Made by a program: the position numbers and the translations under genes | Part shown: positions 1 through 9,976 of the stretch, piece by piece | Numbering within the stretch: position 1 is the stretch's first letter | Layout of the letters: every line of letters begins with the position of its first letter | From: an uncultured delta proteobacterium | GTDB taxonomy: Bacteria; Desulfobacterota; Binatia; UBA9968 | DNA length: 64,000 bases | Direction: 5' to 3' | Assembly: GCA_963745035.1 (NCBI GenBank) | Contig: CAVUVW010000017.1 | Coordinates: forward strand, 224,001 to 288,000 | Notes under the pieces: model-generated | Told to the model about the DNA's origin: nothing | Databases searched by the model: none | Seen by the model: the letters and a program-made list of their open reading frames with translations, nothing else

Positions 1-884
1 CCGAAGATCCTGCCTCACTTCGAGAAGAGCTATCCGTTCATCAAGACCAACACTTATCGCTCCACGCCGTCCGGCGTGTTCACTAAAGTCGACACCGAGG
101 CGCGCGCCGGGCGCCACGCCGTCGGACGTGGTCGGCTCGGCCTCCGTGGAAATGTGGCAACTCAAGCAGCGCAAGCTTTCCACGGCCTATCTTTCACCCG
201 AGCAGAAGGCGATGCCTCCGGGCTCGCGCGACCCGGAAGGCTACTGGCAGGGATTCGAGGTCACGCCGCTAGTTACGGCGTTCAATACCAAGCAAGTCCC
301 GAGCGCGGACGCGCCGCGTACCTACCAGGATCTGCTGCACCCGAAGTGGAAGGGTCGAATCAGCCTCGGCACCGAAGAGTACACCTGGTTCAACATCCTG
401 CTGGAATCCATGGGCGCCAAGAAGGGCGCGGAATACATGCAAGCGCTGGCCAAGCAGGAGTTGCAGATGCCCGGATCGAGCAGCGTGATGCGCGTGCAGT
501 TGATGTTGGCGGGCGAATCGGCGCTCACGCATCGCCGCGCGCGGGCGGCGCGTCACCGAGTACAAATCCCAGGGCGCGCCCATCGACTTTCGAATTTTCG
601 ATCCCTACGCCGGCGAGCCGAATTTCGTCGCGCTCATGCAGCGCTCGTCGCATCCGCACGCGGCGCTGCTGTTCATGGACTGGATCTTGTCGGAGGAAGG
701 TCAGACCCGTCTCGCGGATGTGACGGGCAGAATCTCGATCCGCAAGGGCATCAAGCACAAACCCTGGGTGCAGGAACTGTTGCAGAAGGATTTCGTATTT
801 CTTGGCCCGTCCTCGATCGGACCCAATCTGAATTCGATCATCGAGCAATACAACCAGATCTTCGGCGTTCGAAGAACGAAGTAA
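1..884 (+). CDS. ABC transporter extracellular solute-binding protein (Fe/thiamine/polyamine-like), 5' partial, two +1 frameshifts (~124, ~530)
   Basis: Frame 1 (PKILPHFEKSYPFIK..EARAGRHAV) joins ORF 128 (DLLHPKWKG) and ORF 636 (HPHAALLFMDWILSEEGQ); these are typical SBP motifs. Confidence 0.85.
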
Positions 885-980
885 ACGGCTGCGAGCGACT
901 TCGCCGCTTCGGGCGTGCCGCGACACTAGCGCGAACGGCGCGTCTTCATTCTTCGCGCCGTAACGGATCTTCGCGATCAG

Positions 981-1409
981 TTATTTGAGCGTTTTCTTGA
1001 GAATCTTGACAGCCGCATCCGAATCGGCCGCGCTGTCGAATGCCAAATAGGAAACGGCGCGCCGGCCGAGAGCAGCCGCCGATATGCCGCGCACGTTAAT
1101 GCCCGCGCCCGCCAGAGCGTCGGTCATCTGAGCGCCCAGTCCCGCGCGGTCCGGTCCTTCGATCCTGACCGAATGCAAGCCCTCGCTCGTCGCCAAGCCG
1201 GCTTGTTGAGCCGCGCTTTTCTGCTTGGCGCCCTTGATCGGAGTCACAAACACCACGCCGGTGCCGGGCTTATCCGGAGCGCGGCGCGCCACGACAAATT
1301 CGATGTTGGCGCCGGCCTTGTTCATCGCCGTCAACGTGCTCGCCAGTCCGCCAGGCCGATCGGCTATTTCTCCGGCCCAAACATCAACTTTTTTGACTGT
1401 GTATGCCAT
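981..1409 (-). CDS. ACT domain-containing protein (tandem ACT)
   Basis: DRPGGLA..AGANI and DRAGLGA..AGINV ACT signatures; AGGAGG RBS. Confidence 0.85.
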   Translation of the reverse strand: MAYTVKKVDVWAGEIADRPGGLASTLTAMNKAGANIEFVVARRAPDKPGTGVVFVTPIKGAKQKSAAQQAGLATSEGLHSVRIEGPDRAGLGAQMTDALAGAGINVRGISAAALGRRAVSYLAFDSAADSDAAVKILKKTLK

Positions 1410-1793
1410 ATCAGGCCTCCTTTTTAGTTTAGATTCCGTTGCTGTCGACCAAACTAAAGAAACCGGTGGCTGTCACGAGCTCGGTTGACCAAAGGCCGGG
1501 GTTTGTCGCACGACTGCCGGCCATTCTTGCGCCACTGGCCTCGTGCGAGTGCGACGTGCCGCGCCCATAACAAGGAAGGTGCCTTCCAAGCGGCTCATAC
1601 CATCAAGCTGCGGAAAGTGTCAACAAAGAGGTGGACCTCCGTCTAGCCACCAAAAACGGCTCGAACCAAACTCAACGGCGCCGTACTATTTTCATCCGGA
1701 GTGCTCGGAGCTTCGCTGCGCATCACTAAATTCATTTAATAGTGGCGAAGTTTATTGATCGATCGACCCCCTCATGCTATCTTCTTTGGTTTA

Positions 1794-2768
1794 ATGAAAC
1801 GGCTACACAAGAACACTCTGGCTTCCATGCTCGTACAGTGGTTCGACGCCGACTATCATGCCGCCGGCGCCGCAGTGAGAATCCGCGACATCGACCGTAT
1901 CAACTGGATTCGGTGCCTGCCGTTTGTCATCCTTCATTTAGGTTGTCTGGGAATCTTTGTCGTCGGCTGGAGTTGGACCGCGGTCGGCGCCGCAATCGCG
2001 CTCTATTTGATCCGGATGTTTGCCATCACGGGAATTTATCACCGCTATTTCTCGCACCGGACGTTCAAGACTTCCAGATTCGCGCAATTTATCTTCGCCA
2101 TGGTCGGGGCGTCATCGGCTCAGCGTGGGCCCCTGTGGTGGGCGGCGAATCATCGCAACCATCATCGCGAATCGGACACCCCCGCCGATCCCCACTCCCC
2201 CATTCACTACAGTTTCTTTCGCTCCCATGCCGGCTGGTTCATGTGCACGCGCTACTATGCCACTCAATATGAGCGCATTCGCGACTTCGCGCGTTTTCCC
2301 GAATTGGTGTGGCTCAATCGCTTCGATAAAGCTATTCCGGTGGCGCTGGGACTGGCGGTTTATCTGTGCGGCAAATTGCTCGAGCATGCCGTGCCCTCCC
2401 TCGGCGTCACAGGAATGCAGCTATTTGTTTGGGGCTTTGTGCTCAGCACGACCATATTGTTTCATGCTACGGCCAGCATCAATTCCCTCGCCCACATCTT
2501 CGGCAAACAGCGCTACGACACCGGCGACGAAAGCCGTAACAATTTTTGGCTCGCGCTGATTACCCTCGGCGAGGGTTGGCACAACAATCACCACAAGCAC
2601 ATGGGCTGCACTCGCCAGGGATTTTACTGGTGGGAAATCGACATTACCTATTACCTGCTTAAACTCTTATCCTGGATGGGCATCATCTGGGATTTGAAGC
2701 AAGTCCCGCGCAAAGCGTACGATCGCGCCGAACAGTTGCCGCGCAGGAAATACGCCTCGGCCGCATAA
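1794..2768 (+). CDS. Acyl-CoA/acyl-lipid delta-9 fatty acid desaturase
   Basis: His boxes HRYFSH, HRNHH, HNNHH; GEGWHNNHH and WWEIDIT motifs; start uncertain (1755 or 1794). Confidence 0.92.
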   Translation: MKRLHKNTLASMLVQWFDADYHAAGAAVRIRDIDRINWIRCLPFVILHLGCLGIFVVGWSWTAVGAAIALYLIRMFAITGIYHRYFSHRTFKTSRFAQFIFAMVGASSAQRGPLWWAANHRNHHRESDTPADPHSPIHYSFFRSHAGWFMCTRYYATQYERIRDFARFPELVWLNRFDKAIPVALGLAVYLCGKLLEHAVPSLGVTGMQLFVWGFVLSTTILFHATASINSLAHIFGKQRYDTGDESRNNFWLALITLGEGWHNNHHKHMGCTRQGFYWWEIDITYYLLKLLSWMGIIWDLKQVPRKAYDRAEQLPRRKYASAA

Positions 2769-2910
2769 GCAAGTTTCCTCTCGTTGGTTCCTAGCTGCCG
2801 GGCGAATCTCGCTCGGCAATACCGGCCGGCACGAAAGAAGGTCTGGCGCGCAGGCCGTGCTTGTGTTTTTTTTTCACTGCGATAGCATCGGCACTGGCAT
2901 AGTGAAGCCG

Positions 2911-3429
2911 ATGTCGGTAGCATCTGAATTTCTTCAAACTGTCCCGCTTTTCCAGGACTTGGACCGCGATGCGCTCTCCACTCTCGGCGCCTTGTTGGTC
3001 CGCAAGAAAGCTCCCGCCGGCGGGGTCATATTCCGCGAGTTTGACGATTCCGACGCGCTCTACCTGCTTGAAACGGGCGAGGTAGTGATCAGCAAACAGG
3101 TGCAAGGCCCGATGGACGTCGTCCTCACGACTTTTTGCGGCGGCGATTTTTTCGGCGAGATGGGACTTTTCGACGCCGCCCCGCGCTCCGCCACCGCTCA
3201 GGCCAAAGTGGAGTCCTTGCTCTGGCGTCTCGACCGCAAAGCTTTCATGCACATCCTTTCCGACCATCCCGACATAGCCGCGAAGATTTGTTACCGTCTG
3301 GTGTCGGTTTTCATCGAACGGTTGCGTTCGACCAATGAACAGGCCCGGGAAGCGATACGCTGGGGCATGGAGGCCACGGGCTATTCGCCGCCAAGCAATC
3401 GCGCCTTGTTCGACCGAAAATCCTCATAG
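2911..3429 (+). CDS. Stand-alone cyclic nucleotide-binding domain protein (no HTH)
   Basis: FFGEMGLF..PRSATA phosphate-binding cassette. Confidence 0.88.
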   Translation: MSVASEFLQTVPLFQDLDRDALSTLGALLVRKKAPAGGVIFREFDDSDALYLLETGEVVISKQVQGPMDVVLTTFCGGDFFGEMGLFDAAPRSATAQAKVESLLWRLDRKAFMHILSDHPDIAAKICYRLVSVFIERLRSTNEQAREAIRWGMEATGYSPPSNRALFDRKSS

Positions 3430-3435
3430 TCGTTC

Positions 3436-4650
3436 ATGCCCGACCGAGCCAAGCTTCAATTATTGACCCGATCGGCCGACGAATCGGCCTTCGAGATCTT
3501 CGAGGTCGACAGCGGCCAAGCCTATTCAGGATTCAAGCCGCAAAGACCGCCGGCGACGGAATGGGAGCTCAGGCGGCAACCGTTGGCCTTCGACGGCTCG
3601 CGTACGTTCGTGTTGAACAATCTCCGCCAGGACCGATATTTGCTGTTGGATGCCAGGGAACATTTCCTTTGGGAGCATCTCGACGGCCGCAATTCGCTCG
3701 ACGAAATTGCCCGAGCTTTTCATCTCGAGTATGGCGCTTTCGACTATTCGCTTATCCGAGAGTTGCTCGCCAAACTCTATCACGCCGGGCTGATCGATCT
3801 GGCGGCTAAGAGCGAGCTCACCCACCCGCAAGAGCGCCGCCGCGTGCATCTTCTAGCTCGACTGTTCGAGGGCTGGCGCCTCTTTGCCGTGAGGAATCGT
3901 AGCGCCGATCGATACTGCTCGGCGATTTATCGCTATGGCGGCTTCCTTTTGTTCCATCGGCTGACTTTTTTCCTTGTCGTGGCGGTGGCCTGCGTCGCGC
4001 TTGCCGCGACTTTTCAGCTGGCGGCGCACTCCATGGATCTTGCCCGTGTGCTGGCGGCACAGCCCTACTCGAGCACAGCGATTATCCTCGCGGCGCTGCT
4101 CGCCGCCTCGATGCTGCATGTGCTCCTTCATGCGCTCGCGTGCAAGGCTCACGGCCGGCGGGTTCGCGAAATGGGATTTTTCCTGTTGCAGGGAATCCTG
4201 CCGACCTTTTACGCCGACGTTACCGACATTTTCATGTCGAACCGGCGCGCGCGTCTGATGGTGGACTTGGCGGGACCATTGGTCGAAGTGTTTTTCGGCA
4301 GTCTTGCCATGCTGGCGGCGTATGCAGCGGAACCAGGCCTAGGACAGGCGTTGCTATTCGGCATCGGAGTATTGCTCTGGGAAAGCGCTCTGATCAATCT
4401 TTATCCCTTCAGCTTTCTCGAGCTGGACGGCTACAACATCCTCGCGGACTTACTGGCTATGCCGATGCTCAGAAAACAGGCTCTCGCGCTGATTCCTAAT
4501 CTCCCCGAGCGCCTGCGCAACTTGCGCACGCTCCAGCGAGCGGAAATCATCCAGATCGGATATTTGGCCCTATGCTTGGTCTCCGTGACGGTTTATGTCG
4601 TACTGCATATCGATGCGCTGATCGCGCTGCTTCCGCTTTCCTGGCGATAG
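3436..4650 (+). CDS. PqqD/RRE-like domain + M50 (site-2 protease)-like membrane protein with degenerate HExxH
   Basis: FLWEHLDGRNSLDEIA winged-helix motif; HVLLHALAC, LAGP and NLYPF..LDGY M50-like motifs; several TM helices. Confidence 0.75.
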   Translation: MPDRAKLQLLTRSADESAFEIFEVDSGQAYSGFKPQRPPATEWELRRQPLAFDGSRTFVLNNLRQDRYLLLDAREHFLWEHLDGRNSLDEIARAFHLEYGAFDYSLIRELLAKLYHAGLIDLAAKSELTHPQERRRVHLLARLFEGWRLFAVRNRSADRYCSAIYRYGGFLLFHRLTFFLVVAVACVALAATFQLAAHSMDLARVLAAQPYSSTAIILAALLAASMLHVLLHALACKAHGRRVREMGFFLLQGILPTFYADVTDIFMSNRRARLMVDLAGPLVEVFFGSLAMLAAYAAEPGLGQALLFGIGVLLWESALINLYPFSFLELDGYNILADLLAMPMLRKQALALIPNLPERLRNLRTLQRAEIIQIGYLALCLVSVTVYVVLHIDALIALLPLSWR

Positions 4651-4721
4651 GTTGTCGGCGCTTCTCCGTGCATCACAATTGAGCGCACTGGAGTCTGGGC
4701 AACGACCATTTATTGAAGTCG

Positions 4722-5783
4722 CTATCTTCGACCCAGCTCTTTCAGCCACTTCTCCCAGCGATCGCTCTCGCGTTCGAGCTGTTCGATCGACATGCCTTTT
4801 TCGATGTACCAGCGCTTGAAACCGTATTCCTTGGCAGCGCTGCCATACTCATAGCTCTCCAATATTTTCTGGCCGTCGGGGCTGAAAAGAAAATCGATGA
4901 ACAGAACCGCGGCGTGGGGATGCGGCGCGAACGATGACAGGCCCGCGCTGCCCGCGCTCGCGGGCACGATATCCATCGGCACCCAAACCACCGGCGCTTT
5001 CTTCTCGGCCGCAACCAAGGCGTGATTGCGGAAGATCGTCGGCGAGGCTTCGACTTCGCCGGAGCTGACCATGTCGTTGAGCGCCTGGCCGGAAACCGAG
5101 TGCATGGTGATGTCCTGGGCACGGAGCTTCTTGAGAAATTCTTCGCCCTTGGTTCTGAGCATGGCGCCGACCGTGCGCGAGCCGGTATCCGTGGTGACAA
5201 AAGACATCCGGCCCTTCAACGCGGGGTTCAACAGGCCGTCGTAGTTTTTCGGCACCGCGCTCGGCGGAAGTTTGTCCTTGTTGTAAGCGAAGCCCATGTA
5301 AGATTCGCGGTCGGTCGCCCAAAAGACCGTCCCTTTGCCGGCATCTTCCTTGGCTTCGCTGGAGAACTTCGCGAGATGCGGCACGCTGAACGGCGTAAGC
5401 CGCTTCATGGCGCGCATCAGCATCAGCAACGGCGGCGAGCTCTCGGCGACATCCATCAAGTATCTCTTCGCCTGGGACTCAGCCAGGACTTTCGCAATCA
5501 AATCCCGGCTCGCGCCACGATAGGCTTCCACCGGCACGCCGTACTTGGTCTCGAAAGCACGGGCAAGCTCTTTGTAAGAACCGCCGGCAAGCGCCGTATA
5601 CCAAACGACCTTGCCTTCCTTCCGCGCGCCGGCGACCAGCAACTGCTCACGGTCGGGCCCGCTGTACACCGCCAACTCGGCGAGCGTGGAGGGTTTGGCT
5701 CCTTGCGCCCATAGAACAACCGGCGAGAGCCAAAATCCGAAGAAAATGGCCGCTGCAAAATGTTTCACGGAATTTCCTCCCAA
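4722..5783 (-). CDS. ABC transporter extracellular solute-binding protein
   Basis: Signal peptide, GARKEGKVVWY, APHPHAAVLFIDFLFSPDGQ; start approximate. Confidence 0.88.
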   Translation of the reverse strand: MGGNSVKHFAAAIFFGFWLSPVVLWAQGAKPSTLAELAVYSGPDREQLLVAGARKEGKVVWYTALAGGSYKELARAFETKYGVPVEAYRGASRDLIAKVLAESQAKRYLMDVAESSPPLLMLMRAMKRLTPFSVPHLAKFSSEAKEDAGKGTVFWATDRESYMGFAYNKDKLPPSAVPKNYDGLLNPALKGRMSFVTTDTGSRTVGAMLRTKGEEFLKKLRAQDITMHSVSGQALNDMVSSGEVEASPTIFRNHALVAAEKKAPVVWVPMDIVPASAGSAGLSSFAPHPHAAVLFIDFLFSPDGQKILESYEYGSAAKEYGFKRWYIEKGMSIEQLERESDRWEKWLKELGRR

Positions 5784-5948
5784 GGAATCGGTCCGAGATT
5801 AATCGACGGACGGGGGTGCGTGCAATGGCACGTAACTAGCGCGCCTTGGGAACAAGCCGAAAAGCAATTTCTCTCGCCGGATCAGCGGCGGTATCTTAGC
5901 ATCCGACTCCGAAAAATTTGTCGAGAATCGCTTGTGACGGCGGACGAG

Positions 5949-6209
5949 CTAATCTGACGAAAATTGATCCGGGAGATTTCTGATCTTGCGGATGGCGGCG
6001 AAAGTGTCTGGAGAAGTTTTTCGGGCCAGGTCGAGAATAGTTTGAGCCTTGTCGGGATCACAAAGGATCCTTACCTGCTGAACGCCGTTGCTGCCGGTTT
6101 CGAGAAGCCCGTTTCTGAGCAGCTGGTACTTGGGATCCTGCTTTTCGCAACTTAGCAGCAAGCGATCATACGCCACCTTGGGCACAAGTAGCAGCACCTT
6201 CATTTCCAT
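5949..6209 (-). CDS. Small hypothetical protein (86 aa)
   Basis: ATG with GAGGT RBS, non-overlapping, protein-like composition. Confidence 0.65.
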   Translation of the reverse strand: MEMKVLLLVPKVAYDRLLLSCEKQDPKYQLLRNGLLETGSNGVQQVRILCDPDKAQTILDLARKTSPDTFAAIRKIRNLPDQFSSD

Positions 6210-6501
6210 CTTACCTCACCAGCAAAATCCTATTTAGTCCCGTCCTCCGGATCCCTAGCTCGCGGAAGACTTCTCAGGTAAATTTGGGTTCGCTAGGTAA
6301 AAAGTCAAGGCCCCATTTAGCTCGTAGCGGAAACATTTTTTCCTATTCGGCCCAATCACGTTCTGAATTGTGGCAGGCAGCAGTGCTCGGCATGATACGC
6401 CCGACACTGGTCCCTTATGGGGCCCGCAGATCACTCTGGAAAATCAGCGGTTTTTCGGATAGCTGTTAGCCGAGTCATTAACCCAATCGATCGGAGTGCC
6501 G

Positions 6502-7560
6502 ATGAGCGATCCACATGCCGCACCTGAGACCCCCGAGCTCGAAGCGCTGCACGCCCGGCTGGCCGAGTATTCTCTGGCCGGCCATTGGCAGGCGCGCGAG
6601 AAGAACCCCGAACTGGTTCCTCATTTATGGCCCTGGTCCGTGATCTATTCGTGCCTGATGGAATCGGGCGAGGTCGTGAAGTTGGGCGGCATCGATGAGG
6701 CGGCAAAGAGACGCACGGTCCAGCTCGTCAATCCGGCTCTGATCCAGAGGAAATCGACTTCGCGCACACTGCAGATGTCCATCCAGTTGGTAAAGCCCGG
6801 CGAGCGTGCCGAATGCCACCGCCACAGCGCCGCTGCGCTGCGCTTTGTCGTCGAAGGCGACGGCATTGCCTACACCAACGTCGAAGGCGAAGAAATGCGG
6901 ATGGAGCCCGGCGATCTCGTGCTTACTCCCAATTGGACTTGGCACGATCACTTCAATCCTGGCAAGAGCAACGTGGTATGGCTGGATGTGCTCGATGCTC
7001 AACTAACCCGTTACCTCGATGCCGGCTTTGAAGAAGCTTACGGCGAAGGACCCGCACAGCCGATCATCAAGCGCGAAGGCCACTGCAGGCAGCAGTACGG
7101 TGCGATCCGCCCCCGCGCAGCGAGCGCAGCGAACACCGCCCTGCCCTACGCCTATAAGTGGCGGGATACTTTGCATGCACTCAACGAAGTCGCCGCGGCC
7201 GGCGACCGTGATCTACACGACTCCGTTTTGCTCGAATACACCCACCCACTGACCGGCGGGCCGACCATGCCTACCATCGGCTGCTGGGTGCAAATGATTC
7301 CGCCCGGCGAGTCGACCAAGCCGCATCGCCACACAAGCAGCACGATTTATCACGTCGTCCAAGGCGAGGGCGTTACGGCGGTGGGAAAATCCAAGGGCTC
7401 GTTAAGTCATCTAGCCTGGGGTACGCGGGATTGTTTCTTCGTGCCGTCTTGGAACTGGCATCAGTTCGAAAACAAGTCCCGCAAGGATCCGGCGATTCTC
7501 TTTTCCGTAACCGATCGGCCGGTGTTGGAAAGCCTGGGATTGTTCAGAGCAGAAGAATAG
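6502..7560 (+). CDS. Gentisate 1,2-dioxygenase-like bicupin
   Basis: HRH..WHDH in the N-cupin, HRH..WH in the C-cupin, RRTVQLVNP, P..GGPTMPTI. Confidence 0.88.
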   Translation: MSDPHAAPETPELEALHARLAEYSLAGHWQAREKNPELVPHLWPWSVIYSCLMESGEVVKLGGIDEAAKRRTVQLVNPALIQRKSTSRTLQMSIQLVKPGERAECHRHSAAALRFVVEGDGIAYTNVEGEEMRMEPGDLVLTPNWTWHDHFNPGKSNVVWLDVLDAQLTRYLDAGFEEAYGEGPAQPIIKREGHCRQQYGAIRPRAASAANTALPYAYKWRDTLHALNEVAAAGDRDLHDSVLLEYTHPLTGGPTMPTIGCWVQMIPPGESTKPHRHTSSTIYHVVQGEGVTAVGKSKGSLSHLAWGTRDCFFVPSWNWHQFENKSRKDPAILFSVTDRPVLESLGLFRAEE

Positions 7561-7569
7561 ACAAATAAA

Positions 7570-7633
7570 TGGAGTAATGGAGTGGTGCCTTCGGAAACCC
7601 GTTACTCCACCACTCCAGTACTCCATCACTCCA
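7570..7633. repeat. 8-nt period inverted tandem repeat (TGGAGTnn arm / nnACTCCA arm)
   Basis: tggagtaa tggagtgg .. tcggaaaccc .. ttactcca ccactcca gtactcca tcactcca. Confidence 0.9.
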
Positions 7634-7656
7634 ATTGAATCGGAAAGGACCCCGTC

Positions 7657-8811
7657 ATGCCCCGTCAGTATAGATGCATTTCCGGCGACGGACACATCGA
7701 TCTCAATCCGGATATTTGGCGCGATCGCGTGCAAGCGAAGTGGCGCGACCGCGCGCCGAAGCGCGTGAAGATGCCCAACGGCTCCGACGCCGTCGTCATC
7801 GACGGCGGCAAGCCGAACACGATCGGCATCACGCGCAGCGTGCGCGTCGCCCACGTCGACTTGGCCAAGCAGGTGCCAACCTTCGAAACCTGCGCCGGCA
7901 CGGGCGCGCCCGAGCAGCGGCTGGCCGAACAGGATCAGGACGGCATCGACTGCGAGATCTTGTTTTCGCAAATCACGTTCGTTTTGCGCCAGACCAAAGA
8001 CGATGACTTCTACAAAGACTGCATCCGAGCGTACAACGAGTTTCTCGGCGAAGAGTATATGGCGGCGGCGCCGGACCGGCTGGTCTGCATGGGCACCTTG
8101 CCGACCACCGGGGTCGATGACGCGATCAAAGAAATGGAGCACTGCGCCAGGCTCGGCATGAAAGGCGTCAAGCTCGACCGCTATCCAAGCGGCAAGAGCT
8201 ATCCGACGCCGGCAGACGACAAATTCTGGGCGGCGGCGCTCGATATGAACATCGCGCTGACGAATCACAACAACGGCAACATGGGCTCGGGCAAAGGCGA
8301 GCCGGATTATCTCTATCCAAAGGACCCGGGCCACGACGTGCACCAGAAAGACGCCTTCAAATTCTTTACGCGCTTCTCCAATGACGCCATGACGGCGACC
8401 ATGCAGATGGCGTTCGCCGGCGTCTGGGACCGCTTCCCCAAGCTACAATTCTACTGGGCTGAAACCATGATCGGCTGGCTGGAGTACGGTTTGTGGCAAA
8501 TCGACGATCATTACAAGCGCTACATGGGCATGATCCAGGAGGCGTGGGGTCTGCCTAAATTGGACCGCATGCCGAGCGAATACTTGAAGGACCGCAACTA
8601 TTGGGGATTTCTTCGCGATCCGGTGGGTCTCAAACGGCGCGCCGCGATCGGCTACGACAAGATCATGTGGGGCACCGACTTCGCCCACGCCGCGAGCGAC
8701 TTCCCCAACTCGCAAAAATATCTGGCGGAAGATTTCGCCGGCGTGCCGGAAAACGAAAAGCGCGCCATGACAGTGGACAATTGTGTGAAATATTTTCGTC
8801 TTGATCGGTAG
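7657..8811 (+). CDS. Amidohydrolase family 2 (LigI/LigW/ACMSD-like)
   Basis: DGHID, AYNEFL, IMWGTDFAH motifs. Confidence 0.88.
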   Translation: MPRQYRCISGDGHIDLNPDIWRDRVQAKWRDRAPKRVKMPNGSDAVVIDGGKPNTIGITRSVRVAHVDLAKQVPTFETCAGTGAPEQRLAEQDQDGIDCEILFSQITFVLRQTKDDDFYKDCIRAYNEFLGEEYMAAAPDRLVCMGTLPTTGVDDAIKEMEHCARLGMKGVKLDRYPSGKSYPTPADDKFWAAALDMNIALTNHNNGNMGSGKGEPDYLYPKDPGHDVHQKDAFKFFTRFSNDAMTATMQMAFAGVWDRFPKLQFYWAETMIGWLEYGLWQIDDHYKRYMGMIQEAWGLPKLDRMPSEYLKDRNYWGFLRDPVGLKRRAAIGYDKIMWGTDFAHAASDFPNSQKYLAEDFAGVPENEKRAMTVDNCVKYFRLDR

Positions 8812-8817
8812 AATGAT

Positions 8818-8900
8818 TCACCACGAAGGCGAAGATCACGAAAGTTAAAATGATTCGTGTTCAAACTCCGACTTCGTGTCCTTCGCAACCTTCGTGGTGA
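8818..8900. repeat. Inverted repeat element with 9-nt periodic CACGAAG/CTTCGTG units
   Basis: 12-bp terminal IR tcaccacgaagg / ccttcgtggtga, internal cttcg units every 9 nt. Confidence 0.85.
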
Positions 8901-8926
8901 GATGAATCTGCTTGGGAGTGCACGAT

Positions 8927-9949
8927 ATGAGCGACGTCGGAACCACGCACGAAGATCTCGAGCGCTTTCTCGCCGAGCATCATCTCGTCGGCGCGGGGCT
9001 GAGGCGCGACGGGCGCGCGGCGCCGCGTCGGGGCAACACCGCAGCGCACTGGAAGTGGGACGGCATCTATCGCGGCCTCATGCGCTCGGGCGAGATCGTC
9101 ACCGTCGGGCCTCAAGGAATGACCGGCATGCGCTCGGTCGTCGGCGTCGAGGCGCGCAGCTTTCCGATCTGGATGAACGCGCAGATTCTCATGCCCGGCG
9201 AACGCACCCAGGCGCATCGCAACCTACGCAGCGAAACGCGCCTGGTTTGCCAGGCGCCGAAGGAAGCGGTCTTTGTCTGCGAATACGAAGCCTATCCGAT
9301 GGAGCGCGGCGACATCATCGTCAGCCCGCCGTGGACGTTTCACGATCACTGGAACAAAGACACCACGCCGGCGATCTGGATCGACGGTTACGACAACGGC
9401 TACAACCCCAACGTGAACATCAACGAGCGCATGCCCAACGACGCGCCCTACGAGGAAATCAAAAAACCGGCGGCCTACGGTCAGCGCACGCTCGGGCTGG
9501 CGCGGCCGATACCGAATGAAGCGCCGTTTCCGCTCCCGCCCATGCGTTATCCCTGGTCCGATAGTCGGGCCGCGCTGACGGCGCTTCGGGAAAATGGCGA
9601 GAGCGATCCCTGCGACGGCATCATGATCATGCTCGCCAGCCCCGTGGACGGCGGCCCGACCTTGCCGACGATCGCGTGGCAAGCGCAGTTACTGACGAGA
9701 AAGCAAAAAACTTTGCCGCACCGTCACAACAGTACTACTTTCTACTTCGCCTTCGAAGGAGAGGGCGCTGTAGTCATCGAAACCGAACGGCTGCAATACG
9801 GGCAGGGCGATATCTTCGCCGTGCCGGCATGGACCTGGCATCATCACGAGAATACCAACGATGATGACACGATTCTTTTCTCTATCGACGATTGGCCGGC
9901 GATGAGGAAGCTCGGCTTCTACATGAAGGAAGAAGCGAAGGGCATCTAA
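8927..9949 (+). CDS. Gentisate 1,2-dioxygenase-like bicupin (N-cupin HRN variant)
   Basis: MPGERTQAHRN..FHDH; GGPTLPTI; PHRH..WHHHEN. Confidence 0.82.
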   Translation: MSDVGTTHEDLERFLAEHHLVGAGLRRDGRAAPRRGNTAAHWKWDGIYRGLMRSGEIVTVGPQGMTGMRSVVGVEARSFPIWMNAQILMPGERTQAHRNLRSETRLVCQAPKEAVFVCEYEAYPMERGDIIVSPPWTFHDHWNKDTTPAIWIDGYDNGYNPNVNINERMPNDAPYEEIKKPAAYGQRTLGLARPIPNEAPFPLPPMRYPWSDSRAALTALRENGESDPCDGIMIMLASPVDGGPTLPTIAWQAQLLTRKQKTLPHRHNSTTFYFAFEGEGAVVIETERLQYGQGDIFAVPAWTWHHHENTNDDDTILFSIDDWPAMRKLGFYMKEEAKGI

Positions 9950-9976
9950 ACCTGCGCTTCTAGGCGGAAAATCACT

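Noticed and set aside
1543-1758. Short ORF as a RiPP precursor for the RRE-M50 protein
   Set aside because: No RBS, no leader/core pattern and no modifying enzymes nearby.
5826-5840. Sigma54-like motif TGGCACGTAACTAGC on the + strand
   Set aside because: It points away from the adjacent minus-strand gene and the next + gene is about 660 nt away, so it is unsupported.
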